51,525 nt of DNA from Deltaproteobacteria bacterium (GTDB taxonomy: Bacteria > SAR324 > NAC60-12): assembly GCA_002683655.1 (NCBI GenBank), contig NYTS01000060.1, positions 1 through 51,525 of the forward strand, given 5' to 3'. The position numbers and the translations under genes are program-made. This document shows, piece by piece, positions 9,278 to 20,032 of the stretch. Below the pieces are notes generated by a model, which was given only the letters and a program-made list of their open reading frames with translations, had not been told where the DNA came from and did not search any database. How positions within the stretch are numbered: the stretch's first letter is position 1; each line of letters starts with the position of its first letter.

Positions 9278-10039
9278 ATGAGAAGTACATTTTTTGATAG
9301 ACCATTAGAATATCAACTTCTGACTGCCAAAGAGGAATGGCTTCAAGGAGATCCTATCGAAGGGAAGCTCTCCATTAAAAATATGAATGATGAAAAGGTC
9401 ATTATTAACACGATAGATGTACTTCTAGCTTACGGAAATTTTAGGAAGGTTAAGACTGGTGAAGAGAATTGCTGGGAAGTGCTACATCGAAAAAATATTC
9501 AGAAGGACCTAAGTCTGGATGGCAATCAGCAATTGTCGTACGATTGGCGGTTTAATTTGCCTAGCGATGCACCAATCACAGACAAGAGTGGTAGTTTGTT
9601 TCTACTTTTTGGGGGGGAAGATGTTTTAAATCGTGGAGGTAGATTAGATGTGCGCATAAAGATGATGGTGTTACTACAGAGTTTTCTCCAGACTTTTGTG
9701 ACTCAATTCCAGTTCGTTCAGAAAAGCTCCAAATACAAAGATGGATGGACGGCAGTGCAGCTAGATCCCCCAACAGGAAGCCGCGAATTTCCCAATTTAG
9801 AGCATGTGATGTGTTATCTTAGAATGGTGAACCAAATTCTTGAGTTGAGATATCGCTGCAAGATCAAGACTCTCAAGAAAAATGGTGAAAGCATGAAAGT
9901 TCGTGGGAAAAGCTTGGAAATTATTCAGACTCTGACTACCGATGATTATCTTCAGACAAGTGGCTTCCCAAATAGATCACGTTTCCGAAAAATGATTGAG
10001 AATGCACTGTCAGAAGCTAAGCCTACCGTCGTTTTCTAA
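9278..10039 (+). CDS. Hypothetical protein with a Spo0M / arrestin-like beta-sandwich
   Basis: The pattern EEWLQGDPIEGKLSIKN...YDWRFNLPSDAPIT...LDVRI followed by a helix resembles the Spo0M layout. Judged by eye only. Confidence 0.45.
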   Translation: MRSTFFDRPLEYQLLTAKEEWLQGDPIEGKLSIKNMNDEKVIINTIDVLLAYGNFRKVKTGEENCWEVLHRKNIQKDLSLDGNQQLSYDWRFNLPSDAPITDKSGSLFLLFGGEDVLNRGGRLDVRIKMMVLLQSFLQTFVTQFQFVQKSSKYKDGWTAVQLDPPTGSREFPNLEHVMCYLRMVNQILELRYRCKIKTLKKNGESMKVRGKSLEIIQTLTTDDYLQTSGFPNRSRFRKMIENALSEAKPTVVF

Positions 10040-10930
10040 GCTTGATTTTAGGTCCGGCCTGCTCTTTAACCCTACCAACGTTGGTCCCAAATCATTGACT
10101 ACTTCTGACCGATTGAGAGCGTACAGGTGCACCCCTCCAATCCCTTCTCTGATCAAACCTTTCAACTGTTGTTCTGCGTGATCTAAGCCGACTCTCAGAC
10201 TATCTCCAGCATTTCCTTCAAAACGTTCTAAATTCCTAATAAGTTGGCTTGGAACGATACAACCACACATCTTTGCGAATCTCTGGATCTGGCTGGAAGA
10301 TTGAGCACAGATTAGTCCTGGAATAATGGGAATTCTTACACCCTCTTTATACAACTGATCACGCCAACTGAAAAATTTCTGGTTTTCCAAGAAAAACTGA
10401 CTTATCACGAATTCGGCTCCTCTTTCGATTTTCTGTTTTAAGAAATACCGATCCATTTGGGAACTAATGGCGTCAATATGAGTTTCTGGATAACCAGCCG
10501 CACCGATTCCAAAACGCCGATCTCGAGAAAGGTCTTCGATTAATTCACTTGCGTAGCTGTAGCCTCCAGGCATTGGTTCAAACGTTTTCTCAGTTGTCGG
10601 CGGATCTCCACGGAGTGCCATAATGTTTTCAACACCCTCACTTAAAAATTGCTCCTTAAGGAGACTCACATCTTTACGGGTGTGACTGACGCAAGTCAGG
10701 TGGGCTAATACCTCAATGCCTAGTTCGTTGCCAATAAAGCCAGCAAGTTGCTGAGTGTTTTGCCGTGTTCCTCCTCCAGCACCATAAGTAACGGAAATAT
10801 AATCAGGTTTGAATAAAGAAAAAGTTCTTAGCTTTTCTTGAAGATTCACCATTCCTTCTTCTGTCTTGGGTGGGAAAACTTCAATTGAGAAGACGAATGG
10901 CCGGTTGTGGTACATCTCGATGATGCGCAT
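10010..10930 (-). CDS. metF: 5,10-methylenetetrahydrofolate reductase
   Basis: Motifs FSIEVFPPK, SVTYGAGG, HLTC, ALRGDPP, AGYPETH and SQFF; immediately downstream of metH. Confidence 0.95.
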   Translation of the reverse strand: MRIIEMYHNRPFVFSIEVFPPKTEEGMVNLQEKLRTFSLFKPDYISVTYGAGGGTRQNTQQLAGFIGNELGIEVLAHLTCVSHTRKDVSLLKEQFLSEGVENIMALRGDPPTTEKTFEPMPGGYSYASELIEDLSRDRRFGIGAAGYPETHIDAISSQMDRYFLKQKIERGAEFVISQFFLENQKFFSWRDQLYKEGVRIPIIPGLICAQSSSQIQRFAKMCGCIVPSQLIRNLERFEGNAGDSLRVGLDHAEQQLKGLIREGIGGVHLYALNRSEVVNDLGPTLVGLKSRPDLKSSLENDGRLSF

Positions 10931-10958
10931 TGGAATCGATCAATTGGAATTATGTTAG

Positions 10959-13900
10959 TCAGGCAGCTTTGGGTTCATAACCCAGAACTGGCCCCAGCCA
11001 GCGTTCAATTTCAGTAAGAGGTTGCTGTTTCCTTTTCGCGTAATCCACCACTTGATCCTGGCCTATTTTGCCTACAGCAAAATAGCGTGATTGTGGGTGA
11101 GAAAAGTAAAGACCACAGACCGAGCTGGCAGGCCACATTGCTAAGTTTTCTGTCAGACTAATTCCTGTGTGTTCATTCACTTTTAAGAGATCAAACAGGA
11201 TTAGTTTTTCAGTGTGATCTGGTTGAGCAGAGTAGCCAGGAGCCGGTCGGATGCCTTGGTATTTCTCAGCAATTAGATCATCCTTGGAGAACGCCTCACT
11301 TTTGCCAAAGCCCCACCACTCACGCATACGCATGTGAAGATATTCTGCAAAAGCTTCTGCCAAACGATCTGCCAAGGCTTTGATCATGATTGCATTGTAG
11401 TCATCATTTTCACAAATGTATGACTGAGCGGCTTTTTCAACTTCATGACCTGTAGTTACAGCAAAACCACCAATATAATCTGCTTTTCCAGCATCAATTG
11501 GTGAGATGAAATCGGAGAGAGAGTACTGAGGCAGTGAACCTTCTTTGGAAACCTGCTGTCTCAGACAATGAAAGACAGTTTGGATTTTTGAGCGTGAATC
11601 ATCTTTGAAAACGATGATGTCATCACCGATTGAATTAGCAGGAAAAAATCCAGCAACTGCTCTGGGCTGAAACATTTTCTCGGCCAGGATCTTCTGGAGA
11701 ACTTGTTGAGCATCGTCGAATAATTTCTGTGCTTCCTGTCCAATTTTTTCATCCTTTAGGACTTGGGGAAAACGCCCCCGAAGCTCCCAAGCATGAAAGA
11801 AAGGCGTCCAGTCGATAAAGGGTATCAATTCTTCCAAGGTTATGGCAGGAAACAAATGACTATCAGCTTCAAGATGTTCGCCACCAAAGCTTCTGATTCC
11901 CAAGAATTCAGGGATAGGAATTGTAGTCTGCTTCCAGTCAATCGGAACATTCCGTTTTCTGGCCTCTTCAAAGCTTACTAACTGTCTTCGCCCACTTTTC
12001 TTGAAATATGCCTCTCTTCTCTTTTCCTGTTCTATTTGAATTTCAGCAATGAACTCATCGGATTGTTTTTGGTTCAGCAACTTTGACACAACATTAACTA
12101 CCCGAGAGGCGTCAAGAACATGAATGACTGGATTTGAGCGAGAGGGTGCTATCTTTACGGCTGTATGAGCTGCGCTAGTGGTGGCTCCTCCAATTAACAG
12201 TGGCAGGTGAAGGTTTTCACGTTCCATTTCTCTGGATACGTGAACCATTTCATCAAGAGATGGTGTGATCAAACCAGATAATCCCAGGATGTCTACTTGT
12301 TGGTCTTTCGCTGTTTGCAGGATCTTTTCACAAGGTACCATCACACCAAGGTCGATCACCTCGTAGTTGTTGCAGGCCAGCACAACCCCCACAATATTCT
12401 TTCCAATGTCATGGACGTCTCCTCTCACGGTGGCTAGCAAGATCTTAGCTCTAGCAGAAGATTCAGAATTTTTCTGTTTTTCTTGCTCCATGAAAGGTAG
12501 TAGGTAGGCAACGGCTTGCTTCATTACTCTCGCGCTTTTGACAACTTGTGGAAGAAACATCTTCCCTTCACCGAAAAGATCTCCCACAATCCTCATCCCG
12601 TCCATGAGAGGTCCCTCAATGACTTCAAGAGGCCGATCAAATAATTGTCGTGCTGCCTCTGTATCTTCTTGGATGAAGTCTGTGATACCCTTGACCAAAG
12701 AATGAGTCAGCCGTTCCTGGACAGTTCCTTCTCGCCAAGCAAGAGTTTTTTTCTCAGATTTTGCACCACTTTGATAGCCTTCGGCAAATTCAATCAAACG
12801 CTCTGTTGCATCATCTCTTCGGTTCAGTAAGACGTCTTCTACTTTTTCCAAGAGTTCCGAGGGGATTTCCTCATAGACTGCAAGCATCCCTGCGTTGACA
12901 ATTGCCATGTCCATTCCTGCTTGGATGGCATGGTACAGAAACGCTGAGTGCATTGCTTCTCGTACAGGGTTATTTCCACGAAAAGAGAACGAGATGTTAG
13001 AAACCCCTCCACTAACTTTTGCTCCTGGGCAGACTTGCTTAATTTCTCTAGTAGCTTCAATGAAATCAAGAGCATAGGTGTTATGCTCTTCCATACCGGT
13101 TGCTACCGTCAGTATATTTGGATCAAAGATGATGTCAGATGGAGGAAATTTGATTGATTCTGTCAAGAGTTTATAGGCTCTTTGGCAAATTCGAACTTTT
13201 TCTTCTTTGGAGGCAGCCTGACCTTGTTCATCGAAAGCCATTACAACAGCAGCAGCGCCATATCTGCGAAGAGTTTTGGCCTGATGAAGGAAAACTTCCT
13301 CACCTTCTTTCAGCGAAATTGAATTGACTAAAGCTTTCCCTTGAACACATTTCAAACCCGCTTCAATCACAGACCATTTTGAACTGTCTATCATGATCGG
13401 CACCCGGGCAATGTCTGGCTCCGAGGCGATCAGGTTCAGAAAGTGTGTCATAGAGGCCTCGCCCTCCAAAAGGGCCTCATCGAAATTCACATCGATAACG
13501 TCAGCTCCTGCTTCAACTTGCTGGCGGGCTATGGAGAGTGCTTCATCAAAGGCCGCATTCAAAATCAATTTTTTGAATTTTGGTGAGCCGGTTACGTTGG
13601 TTCTTTCTCCAATCAAGAGAAAGCCTTTGTCTGTGGTGGCATTCAAGGGCTCAAGACCAGCGTATCTGCTAAAGGCACTAATATTCTCAAGTTTTCTGGG
13701 TGGCATATTTTGGACATTTGCCACCATTTGTCTAATATGATCAGGGGTAGTGCCGCAGCAACCACCCATAATGTTCATCCATCTTTGCCCTGCGAAATCC
13801 TTTAGAAAATTAGCAAACTCTTCTGGGGTCTGATCGTATTCACCCATCGCATTTGGCAAACCTGCATTGGGATAACAACCCATGAAAAATTTGGATTTTG

Positions 13901-14708
13901 TGCTTAATTCCTCGAGGAATGGTCTCATCTCCTTAGCACCAAGCGCACAATTGATTCCGACTGCGATTGGATTGGCGTGTTCAATGGAGTTATAAAAAGC
14001 TTCCAGAGTCTGACCAGAGAGAGTTCTGCCCGAGGCATCGGTGATGGTCACTGATAAGAAGAGTGGTAGGCGAATATTTTGTTCCTCAAATACATGCTCA
14101 ATTGCATAGATTGCGGCTTTCATATTCAAGGTGTCAAAGCTGGTCTCACACAAAAGAAGGTCTACCCCTCCCTCAACCATTGCTTCCACCTGTTCCTTGT
14201 AAGCAATGACTAATTCATCAAAATTGACCGCTCGATAAGCTGGGTTGTTCACATCTGGGGACATGGAGGTGGTTCGATTCGTTGGGCCGATCGCACCTGC
14301 GATAAAGGCGGGGTGGGAGGGGTTTTCAAGCTGGAATGAATTTAGAGCATCTCTAGCAACTTGGGCTGCATGAAGATTGATTTTGTAGGCTTCAGATTCT
14401 AGCTGGTAGTCTGCTTGGGAGATACGGTTTGCGTTGAAGGTATTGGTTTCAATGATGTTTGCACCGGCTCGCAAAAAATTGAGGTGAATATCTTTAATGA
14501 CCTCAGATTTGGTAATGGAAAGTAGATCATTGTTTCCTTGCAGTGCATGGGTATGCTCATGGTAAAAAGAACCCCGAAAGTCTTCCTCTCCTAAATGGTA
14601 TCCCTGAATCATGGTGCCCATTGCACCATCTAGGAAAACGATTTGTTTGGTCAACAACACTTGTAGGTGTTGGCCATTGATATTGGTAAATTGTGGTTCT
14701 AATTTCAT
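10959..14708 (-). CDS. metH: Cobalamin-dependent methionine synthase
   Basis: Motifs [42 protein letters not shown] and RPAPGY. The start is placed at ATG 14708 (MKLEPQ) rather than 14768. Confidence 0.97.
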   Translation of the reverse strand: MKLEPQFTNINGQHLQVLLTKQIVFLDGAMGTMIQGYHLGEEDFRGSFYHEHTHALQGNNDLLSITKSEVIKDIHLNFLRAGANIIETNTFNANRISQADYQLESEAYKINLHAAQVARDALNSFQLENPSHPAFIAGAIGPTNRTTSMSPDVNNPAYRAVNFDELVIAYKEQVEAMVEGGVDLLLCETSFDTLNMKAAIYAIEHVFEEQNIRLPLFLSVTITDASGRTLSGQTLEAFYNSIEHANPIAVGINCALGAKEMRPFLEELSTKSKFFMGCYPNAGLPNAMGEYDQTPEEFANFLKDFAGQRWMNIMGGCCGTTPDHIRQMVANVQNMPPRKLENISAFSRYAGLEPLNATTDKGFLLIGERTNVTGSPKFKKLILNAAFDEALSIARQQVEAGADVIDVNFDEALLEGEASMTHFLNLIASEPDIARVPIMIDSSKWSVIEAGLKCVQGKALVNSISLKEGEEVFLHQAKTLRRYGAAAVVMAFDEQGQAASKEEKVRICQRAYKLLTESIKFPPSDIIFDPNILTVATGMEEHNTYALDFIEATREIKQVCPGAKVSGGVSNISFSFRGNNPVREAMHSAFLYHAIQAGMDMAIVNAGMLAVYEEIPSELLEKVEDVLLNRRDDATERLIEFAEGYQSGAKSEKKTLAWREGTVQERLTHSLVKGITDFIQEDTEAARQLFDRPLEVIEGPLMDGMRIVGDLFGEGKMFLPQVVKSARVMKQAVAYLLPFMEQEKQKNSESSARAKILLATVRGDVHDIGKNIVGVVLACNNYEVIDLGVMVPCEKILQTAKDQQVDILGLSGLITPSLDEMVHVSREMERENLHLPLLIGGATTSAAHTAVKIAPSRSNPVIHVLDASRVVNVVSKLLNQKQSDEFIAEIQIEQEKRREAYFKKSGRRQLVSFEEARKRNVPIDWKQTTIPIPEFLGIRSFGGEHLEADSHLFPAITLEELIPFIDWTPFFHAWELRGRFPQVLKDEKIGQEAQKLFDDAQQVLQKILAEKMFQPRAVAGFFPANSIGDDIIVFKDDSRSKIQTVFHCLRQQVSKEGSLPQYSLSDFISPIDAGKADYIGGFAVTTGHEVEKAAQSYICENDDYNAIMIKALADRLAEAFAEYLHMRMREWWGFGKSEAFSKDDLIAEKYQGIRPAPGYSAQPDHTEKLILFDLLKVNEHTGISLTENLAMWPASSVCGLYFSHPQSRYFAVGKIGQDQVVDYAKRKQQPLTEIERWLGPVLGYEPKAA

Positions 14709-14963
14709 TAAGTTTTTAAAATCAATATATGCGCATTTAGTGATGAATTTGAAATATGCAACAGCCATGAAAGAAAAGCAAGAGAAATGGGCGGTCCTAA
14801 GATTCTAATCTCACTAAATGGATTTTGATCACTTTCCTTTAGAAAATTCATGGATACGTCATTCTTGTCTTCAGGGATGAGATAGCTGGAAAAGCACTGC
14901 AAATTTGATTTGAGATTCTTAGTTTGCGGTGTGTTTTTTTGAAATTTCTTGTTCGAGATCAAT

Positions 14964-17837
14964 ATGACCCCTGCTTTATCAAACCAACTTCTCGTTTCGA
15001 ATTATCGATTGCCATCTGAATTACCCGATAAATACAAAGATTTTTGCAAAGGGTTGCTAGGTTTTTTGCCAGAAGAAAGAATTTTTACAGATAAGCTTCG
15101 GTGTCTCGCTTACGGTACAGACGCTAGTTTTTACAGAATGGTGCCAAAGGTTGTTGTAAAAGTAGCTGAAGAGAGAGAGGTTTCCAGTATCCTCCGGTTG
15201 GCGTATCAATTAGAAATTCCAGTAACTTTTAGAGCTGCGGGTACTAGTCTTTCAGGACAGGCAGTTACTGACTCTGCGTTGGTTTTGTTAGCGGGGAATT
15301 GGACTGGTGCAAGAGTAGAATCCAATGGTGAACGAATTGCTTTGGAACCCGGTGTAGTTGGGTCAAGAGCAAACGATATTTTAAAGCCATTTGGCAGAAA
15401 AATTGGCCCAGATCCAGCCTCCATCAATTCTGCGATGATTGGTGGGATCGCAGCCAATAACGCTAGTGGCATGTGCTGTGGAGTCGATTTCAACAGTTAC
15501 CGCACTCTGCACAGTATGCGAGTTATTCTCGCAGATGGTCATCTTCTAGATACAAACGACCCTGAAAGCTGCGAACGTTTTCGCAGGAATCATCGAGAAC
15601 TGTTGAATTCCCTAGCCTCCCTTGCTAAACAAGTCTTTAGCGACTCAGAACTATCTGATCGTATCAAGCACAAATATCAGATTAAAAACACCACAGGTTA
15701 CAGTCTGAATGCGCTGGTTGATTATCATGATCCTCTGGAGATTCTTCAGCATCTCATGATTGGGTCAGAGGGGACTTTGGGTTTCATCTCAGAAATTACC
15801 TATAGAACTGTTCCTGAATCAGCCCACAAAGCGACTGCACTTGTCTTGTTTCCTGACATTGTTTCGGCCTGTTCGGTGGTAACCGAGCTAAAGAAACAGA
15901 AGATCGATGCAGTTGAACTCTTTGATCGCTCAAGTCTTAAGGCTATTGAAGACCAGCCCACGGCACCAAAGCATCTCAAGGGTCTGCATGAAGATGCATG
16001 TGCTCTTTTGATTGAGACAGGAGACCAGCGAGCAAATTTAAGGGATTCAAAAGTCAGTAAGATAATGAAGTTTCTGAGCACTAAAAAAGTCTTGGTGGAG
16101 CCTGAATTTACTTCAGATTCAACCGAAGCTGCGGAGCTCTGGAAACTCAGAAAAGGATTATTCCCATCTGTAGGAAACCTGCGAAAGGCGGGTACAACAG
16201 TCATTATTGAAGATTTTGCTGTACCAGCCCATAGATTGGCTGAGGCTGTAGTTGATTTGAGAAATCTGTTTGACAAGTATCACTATGCAGATGCGATTCT
16301 CTTTGGCCATGCACTCGAAGGGAACCTTCACTTCTGTTTCACTCAAAATTTTTCAACACAAGCAGAAGTCGATCGTTACGAGAATTTGATGGCAGAGGTT
16401 TGCGAACTTCTTGTAAAAAAATATGATGGTTCATTGAAGGCGGAACATGGTACTGGCAGAAACATGGCGCCTTATGTTGAATTAGAGTGGGGAAAAGATG
16501 CGTATGGTTTGATGAAACAACTAAAGCATTTGTTTGATCCTGCAAACTTGCTGAATCCCGGGGTGATCCTGAACAATGACCCCAAAATTCATGTCAAACA
16601 ACTTAAACCTCTTCCAGTGGCAAATGAGATAATCGACAAATGCATTGAATGCGGTTTTTGCGAAGCACAATGTCCCTCACGGGACTTGAGTTTATCTCCA
16701 AGGCAAAGAATTACTGCGTGGCGAGAAATAACCAGACTATCAACGACGGGAGAAAATAAAGAACTACAGTCGGAATTGAGGAAGCTTTATCACTATGACG
16801 GTGAGGATACCTGTGCTACAGACGGTCTTTGTGCAATGAACTGCCCGGTCGATATTGATACAGGTAAATTGATCAAGCAGTTGCGCTTTGACCACCATTC
16901 CAGTCTAGAAAACAGCATTGCCAATTGGTGTGAAAATAACTTTGCGCTGGCTTCAAAACTTGCTCGTCTGGGCTTAGCGATGGCAAACATATCACACAAG
17001 GTACTCGGTAGTGATGCACTTGTCGGATTGAGCCGTATTCTTCGAAAAGTAAGTGGTAATCAAATTCCCCAATGGAATCCGCATTTTCCAAAGCCAGCTC
17101 CAAGGATTGATTGGCAATATGATACCAAAACAAACTTGAGCAATGTTGTTTACTTCCCAAGCTGTATCTGCAGGATGATGGGGCCCTCTGAAGGCAGTCA
17201 TACATCTCATGCAGAAGCAGTTCACCAAGTTCTAAATCGTGCTGGCTATCAATATGTTCATCCGGAAGGAATTGAGGAAATGTGTTGTGGGGTTGCCTTC
17301 GATAGCAAAGGCTTTCCAAGACAAGCCAAGCGTAAAACAGAGGAACTCAAAGAAGCACTTTTGAAAGCATCGAACAACGGGGTGTACCCAATTCTTTGCG
17401 AAACTAGTCCATGCGTTCAGCGTTTGAATCAAGAATTGTCAGAATTACCAATTTATGATCCTGTTTCATTTGCAGGAGAATTTTTACTGGATCGGCTCGA
17501 ATTTCAGCAATTGGAAGAGACCGTTGTGATTTATCCAACATGCAGTAATCGTAAGGCAGGGCATGTTCCCAAAATGCAGGATATTGCTAGTCAATGTGCG
17601 AAGGAAGTCGTTCTACCACACACAGCTACTTGCTGTGGTACTGCCGGAGATCGAGGAATTTTTCACCCTGAGCTTCCCGAAAAGGCATTGAACAGTTTGA
17701 AGGGTCAAATTCCAAAAAATTGTTCACTGGGTATTTCTAATAGCAGAACGTGTGAGCTTGGGCTTTCCATGGTATCGGATGTAAAATTTGAATCTCTGTT
17801 TCACCTTCTACTCAAGGCATCAAAGGCAAAAAATTGA
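14964..17837 (+). CDS. FAD- and Fe-S-containing NAD-independent D-lactate dehydrogenase (Dld-II type)
   Basis: Motifs AYGTDASFYR, FRAAGTSLSGQ, GSEGTLG and SLKAEHGTG; ferredoxin CIECGFC..C and CATDGLC..C; C-terminal CCG domains. The start is probably ATG 14964. Confidence 0.85.
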   Translation: MTPALSNQLLVSNYRLPSELPDKYKDFCKGLLGFLPEERIFTDKLRCLAYGTDASFYRMVPKVVVKVAEEREVSSILRLAYQLEIPVTFRAAGTSLSGQAVTDSALVLLAGNWTGARVESNGERIALEPGVVGSRANDILKPFGRKIGPDPASINSAMIGGIAANNASGMCCGVDFNSYRTLHSMRVILADGHLLDTNDPESCERFRRNHRELLNSLASLAKQVFSDSELSDRIKHKYQIKNTTGYSLNALVDYHDPLEILQHLMIGSEGTLGFISEITYRTVPESAHKATALVLFPDIVSACSVVTELKKQKIDAVELFDRSSLKAIEDQPTAPKHLKGLHEDACALLIETGDQRANLRDSKVSKIMKFLSTKKVLVEPEFTSDSTEAAELWKLRKGLFPSVGNLRKAGTTVIIEDFAVPAHRLAEAVVDLRNLFDKYHYADAILFGHALEGNLHFCFTQNFSTQAEVDRYENLMAEVCELLVKKYDGSLKAEHGTGRNMAPYVELEWGKDAYGLMKQLKHLFDPANLLNPGVILNNDPKIHVKQLKPLPVANEIIDKCIECGFCEAQCPSRDLSLSPRQRITAWREITRLSTTGENKELQSELRKLYHYDGEDTCATDGLCAMNCPVDIDTGKLIKQLRFDHHSSLENSIANWCENNFALASKLARLGLAMANISHKVLGSDALVGLSRILRKVSGNQIPQWNPHFPKPAPRIDWQYDTKTNLSNVVYFPSCICRMMGPSEGSHTSHAEAVHQVLNRAGYQYVHPEGIEEMCCGVAFDSKGFPRQAKRKTEELKEALLKASNNGVYPILCETSPCVQRLNQELSELPIYDPVSFAGEFLLDRLEFQQLEETVVIYPTCSNRKAGHVPKMQDIASQCAKEVVLPHTATCCGTAGDRGIFHPELPEKALNSLKGQIPKNCSLGISNSRTCELGLSMVSDVKFESLFHLLLKASKAKN

Positions 17838-17838
17838 C

Positions 17839-18585
17839 TCAGCTGGAGGGTTTAAGCGTTGGCAGTTCTTCGAAGACAATAGGCTCTCCAGCGATCTCTT
17901 GTCTTGACCGAAAAACCAAGATGATTTTGTTTCCAGTAAAAGGATCTTCGAGCTTCATTTTCTGGGGAAACAGACCAGCTTCCCCTTCTTGCCATCTGTT
18001 GATCTCTATACTGAGTCGATCGCCCAAAACGCTATCTCGTTTTACCAACTTGATCGCTCGCTGATCCTCATCCCTTTTTACCACCTCCAGAAAACTAACT
18101 TCGGTAGGTTGCTGAAGTAATTCTTGAATTTCGCCCAGTTTCACGTCTACGCCTAAAAATTCTTCCCGAATCTCCATGGAATTTTTGTGGAGGGATGAAG
18201 ACTGATCACGAAAGTCGTACATCAAAATTTGTGAATCATTTGCTCGTAATTCCCAAATTCGACTTCCGATTACTGGAGCTAATACTCTTAAACGAACACC
18301 ATCATCTTGTAGCAGTAATTCTATATCACCAGTCTGGTTCTCATGCTCAGATTGAATGAGTATGCGACCTGAATAGAGTTGTGATGTTTTTGTATGGTTC
18401 TGGGGATTTGGAGGTTGGATCGTTTGACAGGCAGCCAGCCCGAGAATGACTGGCCAGATGAAGAACTGGAAAGTTACTTTTTTTCTTGCGGATCCTTCAT
18501 AAACATTGCTTCGCAAGAAAAAAAAAACAATTAAGTAGACAGCTGAGACTGCCCCGAAGGTCATCAAAATATTAAATTCGTGCAT
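17839..18585 (-). CDS. Putative lipoprotein with a LolB/DUF4292-like fold
   Basis: Lipobox LAAC (Cys53) follows a K-rich plus hydrophobic segment; VRLRVLAPVIG..IWEL resembles the LolB-like strand pattern. The start is uncertain. Confidence 0.45.
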   Translation of the reverse strand: MHEFNILMTFGAVSAVYLIVFFFLRSNVYEGSARKKVTFQFFIWPVILGLAACQTIQPPNPQNHTKTSQLYSGRILIQSEHENQTGDIELLLQDDGVRLRVLAPVIGSRIWELRANDSQILMYDFRDQSSSLHKNSMEIREEFLGVDVKLGEIQELLQQPTEVSFLEVVKRDEDQRAIKLVKRDSVLGDRLSIEINRWQEGEAGLFPQKMKLEDPFTGNKIILVFRSRQEIAGEPIVFEELPTLKPSS

Positions 18586-18665
18586 AATTTGTCCTAATCA
18601 TGAAATTGAGAAATTAAAACCAATGTAATGAATTTACTGAGAAAGAGCCCCACTTGCAACAGCTT

Positions 18666-19691
18666 TCAGGGTAGGTAATTTAGAGCTCGGCTGATTTCAT
18701 CATCCTGCAAACAAGTAGTTAGACAGCCTTGAGTACCGTGAGGGCATTGTTTCATTTGACAGTGGCTGTTTGTTAATTTTGGTGTGGTGATACGCTCCAA
18801 ATTTTCCAAAGGTCCCCACCGGTCAGGAGTGTGTGGTATCGCTGGACAATAAAAGGCTGTAACTGGAGTTCCGACTGCACTGGCTATATGAGCAGGTCCA
18901 GTGCTTGTGGTAATCAAGCCGCAAGCCTCTGAAAGCAGAGCTATCATTTGCTCCAAACTTAATGCGCCAGTCAGATCATGGATATTATTCGTAAAGAATT
19001 CTGATTTAAGTGATTGATTGTATTTTTTTTCGGAATTTACTCCAGTGAGCACAACCTTGATTCCAGAAAGAGAGATTTGCTGAATAAGTGTTCTGTATTG
19101 ACCCTGACTTAGGTTGGGTGCTGAATCTCCGTTTCCCGGATGAACAACAATGTATTTCTCGAGGATGTCATTCGCAGTAAGTATATCTTGAACCTCTCGC
19201 TTTATTTTTTCGGGAATAGCCAAACGAAATTGTGGAATCTCACTTGGTAAATCCAGGATGAGTGGTTCCAGAAGATCCAGATTGTACTCAACTTCATGTT
19301 TCTGGCATTCCCTTCGAGACTGATGGACCCGATCACTCAATAAGAAAGAATACCAACGGTGGCTTGTGCCAATTCGCCTGGGCACACCAGCCTTCCATAA
19401 GGCAAATGTTAAACCGAATCGGGGATAGAAAAGAATTGCAGAATCATATTCGTGTTGCTGGATTTCAGTGGCAAGATGTTGATGCCCTCTGATACCTCGG
19501 TGAACTCCTTCAGAGTCATAATTGAGTATTTGGCTAATCTCTTTTACGTTTTTCAAGATAGGGTGCGTGTATTTTCTAGCGAGGAAGTCAATCTTACAAT
19601 CCGGCCACTTTTTTTTGATGGGTTTGACAACAGGGAGTGTAAGCAATGTATCGCCAATGCGATCAGTTCGAATGAGTAAAATTTTTCGCAA
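18666..19691 (-). CDS. Glycosyltransferase family 9 (LPS heptosyltransferase-like)
   Basis: Motifs ILLIRTDRIGD.LLT.P, HEVEYNL, VVHPG, DLTG.LSL and STGPAHIASAVGTP. Confidence 0.9.
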   Translation of the reverse strand: MRKILLIRTDRIGDTLLTLPVVKPIKKKWPDCKIDFLARKYTHPILKNVKEISQILNYDSEGVHRGIRGHQHLATEIQQHEYDSAILFYPRFGLTFALWKAGVPRRIGTSHRWYSFLLSDRVHQSRRECQKHEVEYNLDLLEPLILDLPSEIPQFRLAIPEKIKREVQDILTANDILEKYIVVHPGNGDSAPNLSQGQYRTLIQQISLSGIKVVLTGVNSEKKYNQSLKSEFFTNNIHDLTGALSLEQMIALLSEACGLITTSTGPAHIASAVGTPVTAFYCPAIPHTPDRWGPLENLERITTPKLTNSHCQMKQCPHGTQGCLTTCLQDDEISRALNYLP

Positions 19692-19752
19692 TTTATACAG
19701 GGGCTTTTCGTGGATAGTTTGGGGTTCTCAAAAAAACGCTAAGCTAACGTGA

Positions 19753-20022
19753 CTACTTTTTTAAAAGTTGCGCAATTTCTTGAATTTTTTGTTGAGCAGC
19801 TTCGGGGTCAGATTGTATGAGCGCCTGTTGAACGCAATGATTGAGATGATCTTCTAAAATATTTTTCTCTACCTGTTGGACTGCTCCTTCTAAAGCACGT
19901 AATTGTGTCAGGATATCAACACAATATCTTCTCTCTGTGATCATTTTCTGTATACCCCGAACTTGTCCTTCTATCCTTCGCAAGCGAGGTAATTGTTTGT
20001 CGTGATCAGGATGGTTCGCCAT
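19753..20022 (-). CDS. csoR: Copper-sensing transcriptional repressor CsoR
   Basis: RLRRIEGQVRG, YC.DIL.Q and HLNHC give the x-C-H-C fingerprint with the second-shell Tyr. Directly downstream of copA; start at ATG 20022. Confidence 0.9.
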   Translation of the reverse strand: MANHPDHDKQLPRLRRIEGQVRGIQKMITERRYCVDILTQLRALEGAVQQVEKNILEDHLNHCVQQALIQSDPEAAQQKIQEIAQLLKK

Positions 20023-20032
20023 AGTCTGGAAG

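Noticed and set aside
14709-14948. SAM-I, SAM-II/V or cobalamin riboswitch upstream of metH; also the 84-aa ORF 14708..14962
   Set aside because: Core consensus motifs were not found by eye, and the ORF is AT-rich intergenic sequence spanning divergent promoters.
19990-20022. InrS/RcnR-type nickel-sensing fingerprint (N-terminal His residues) in CsoR
   Set aside because: The His positions do not align with the W site; the Tyr-Cys second shell and copA linkage fit a Cu sensor.
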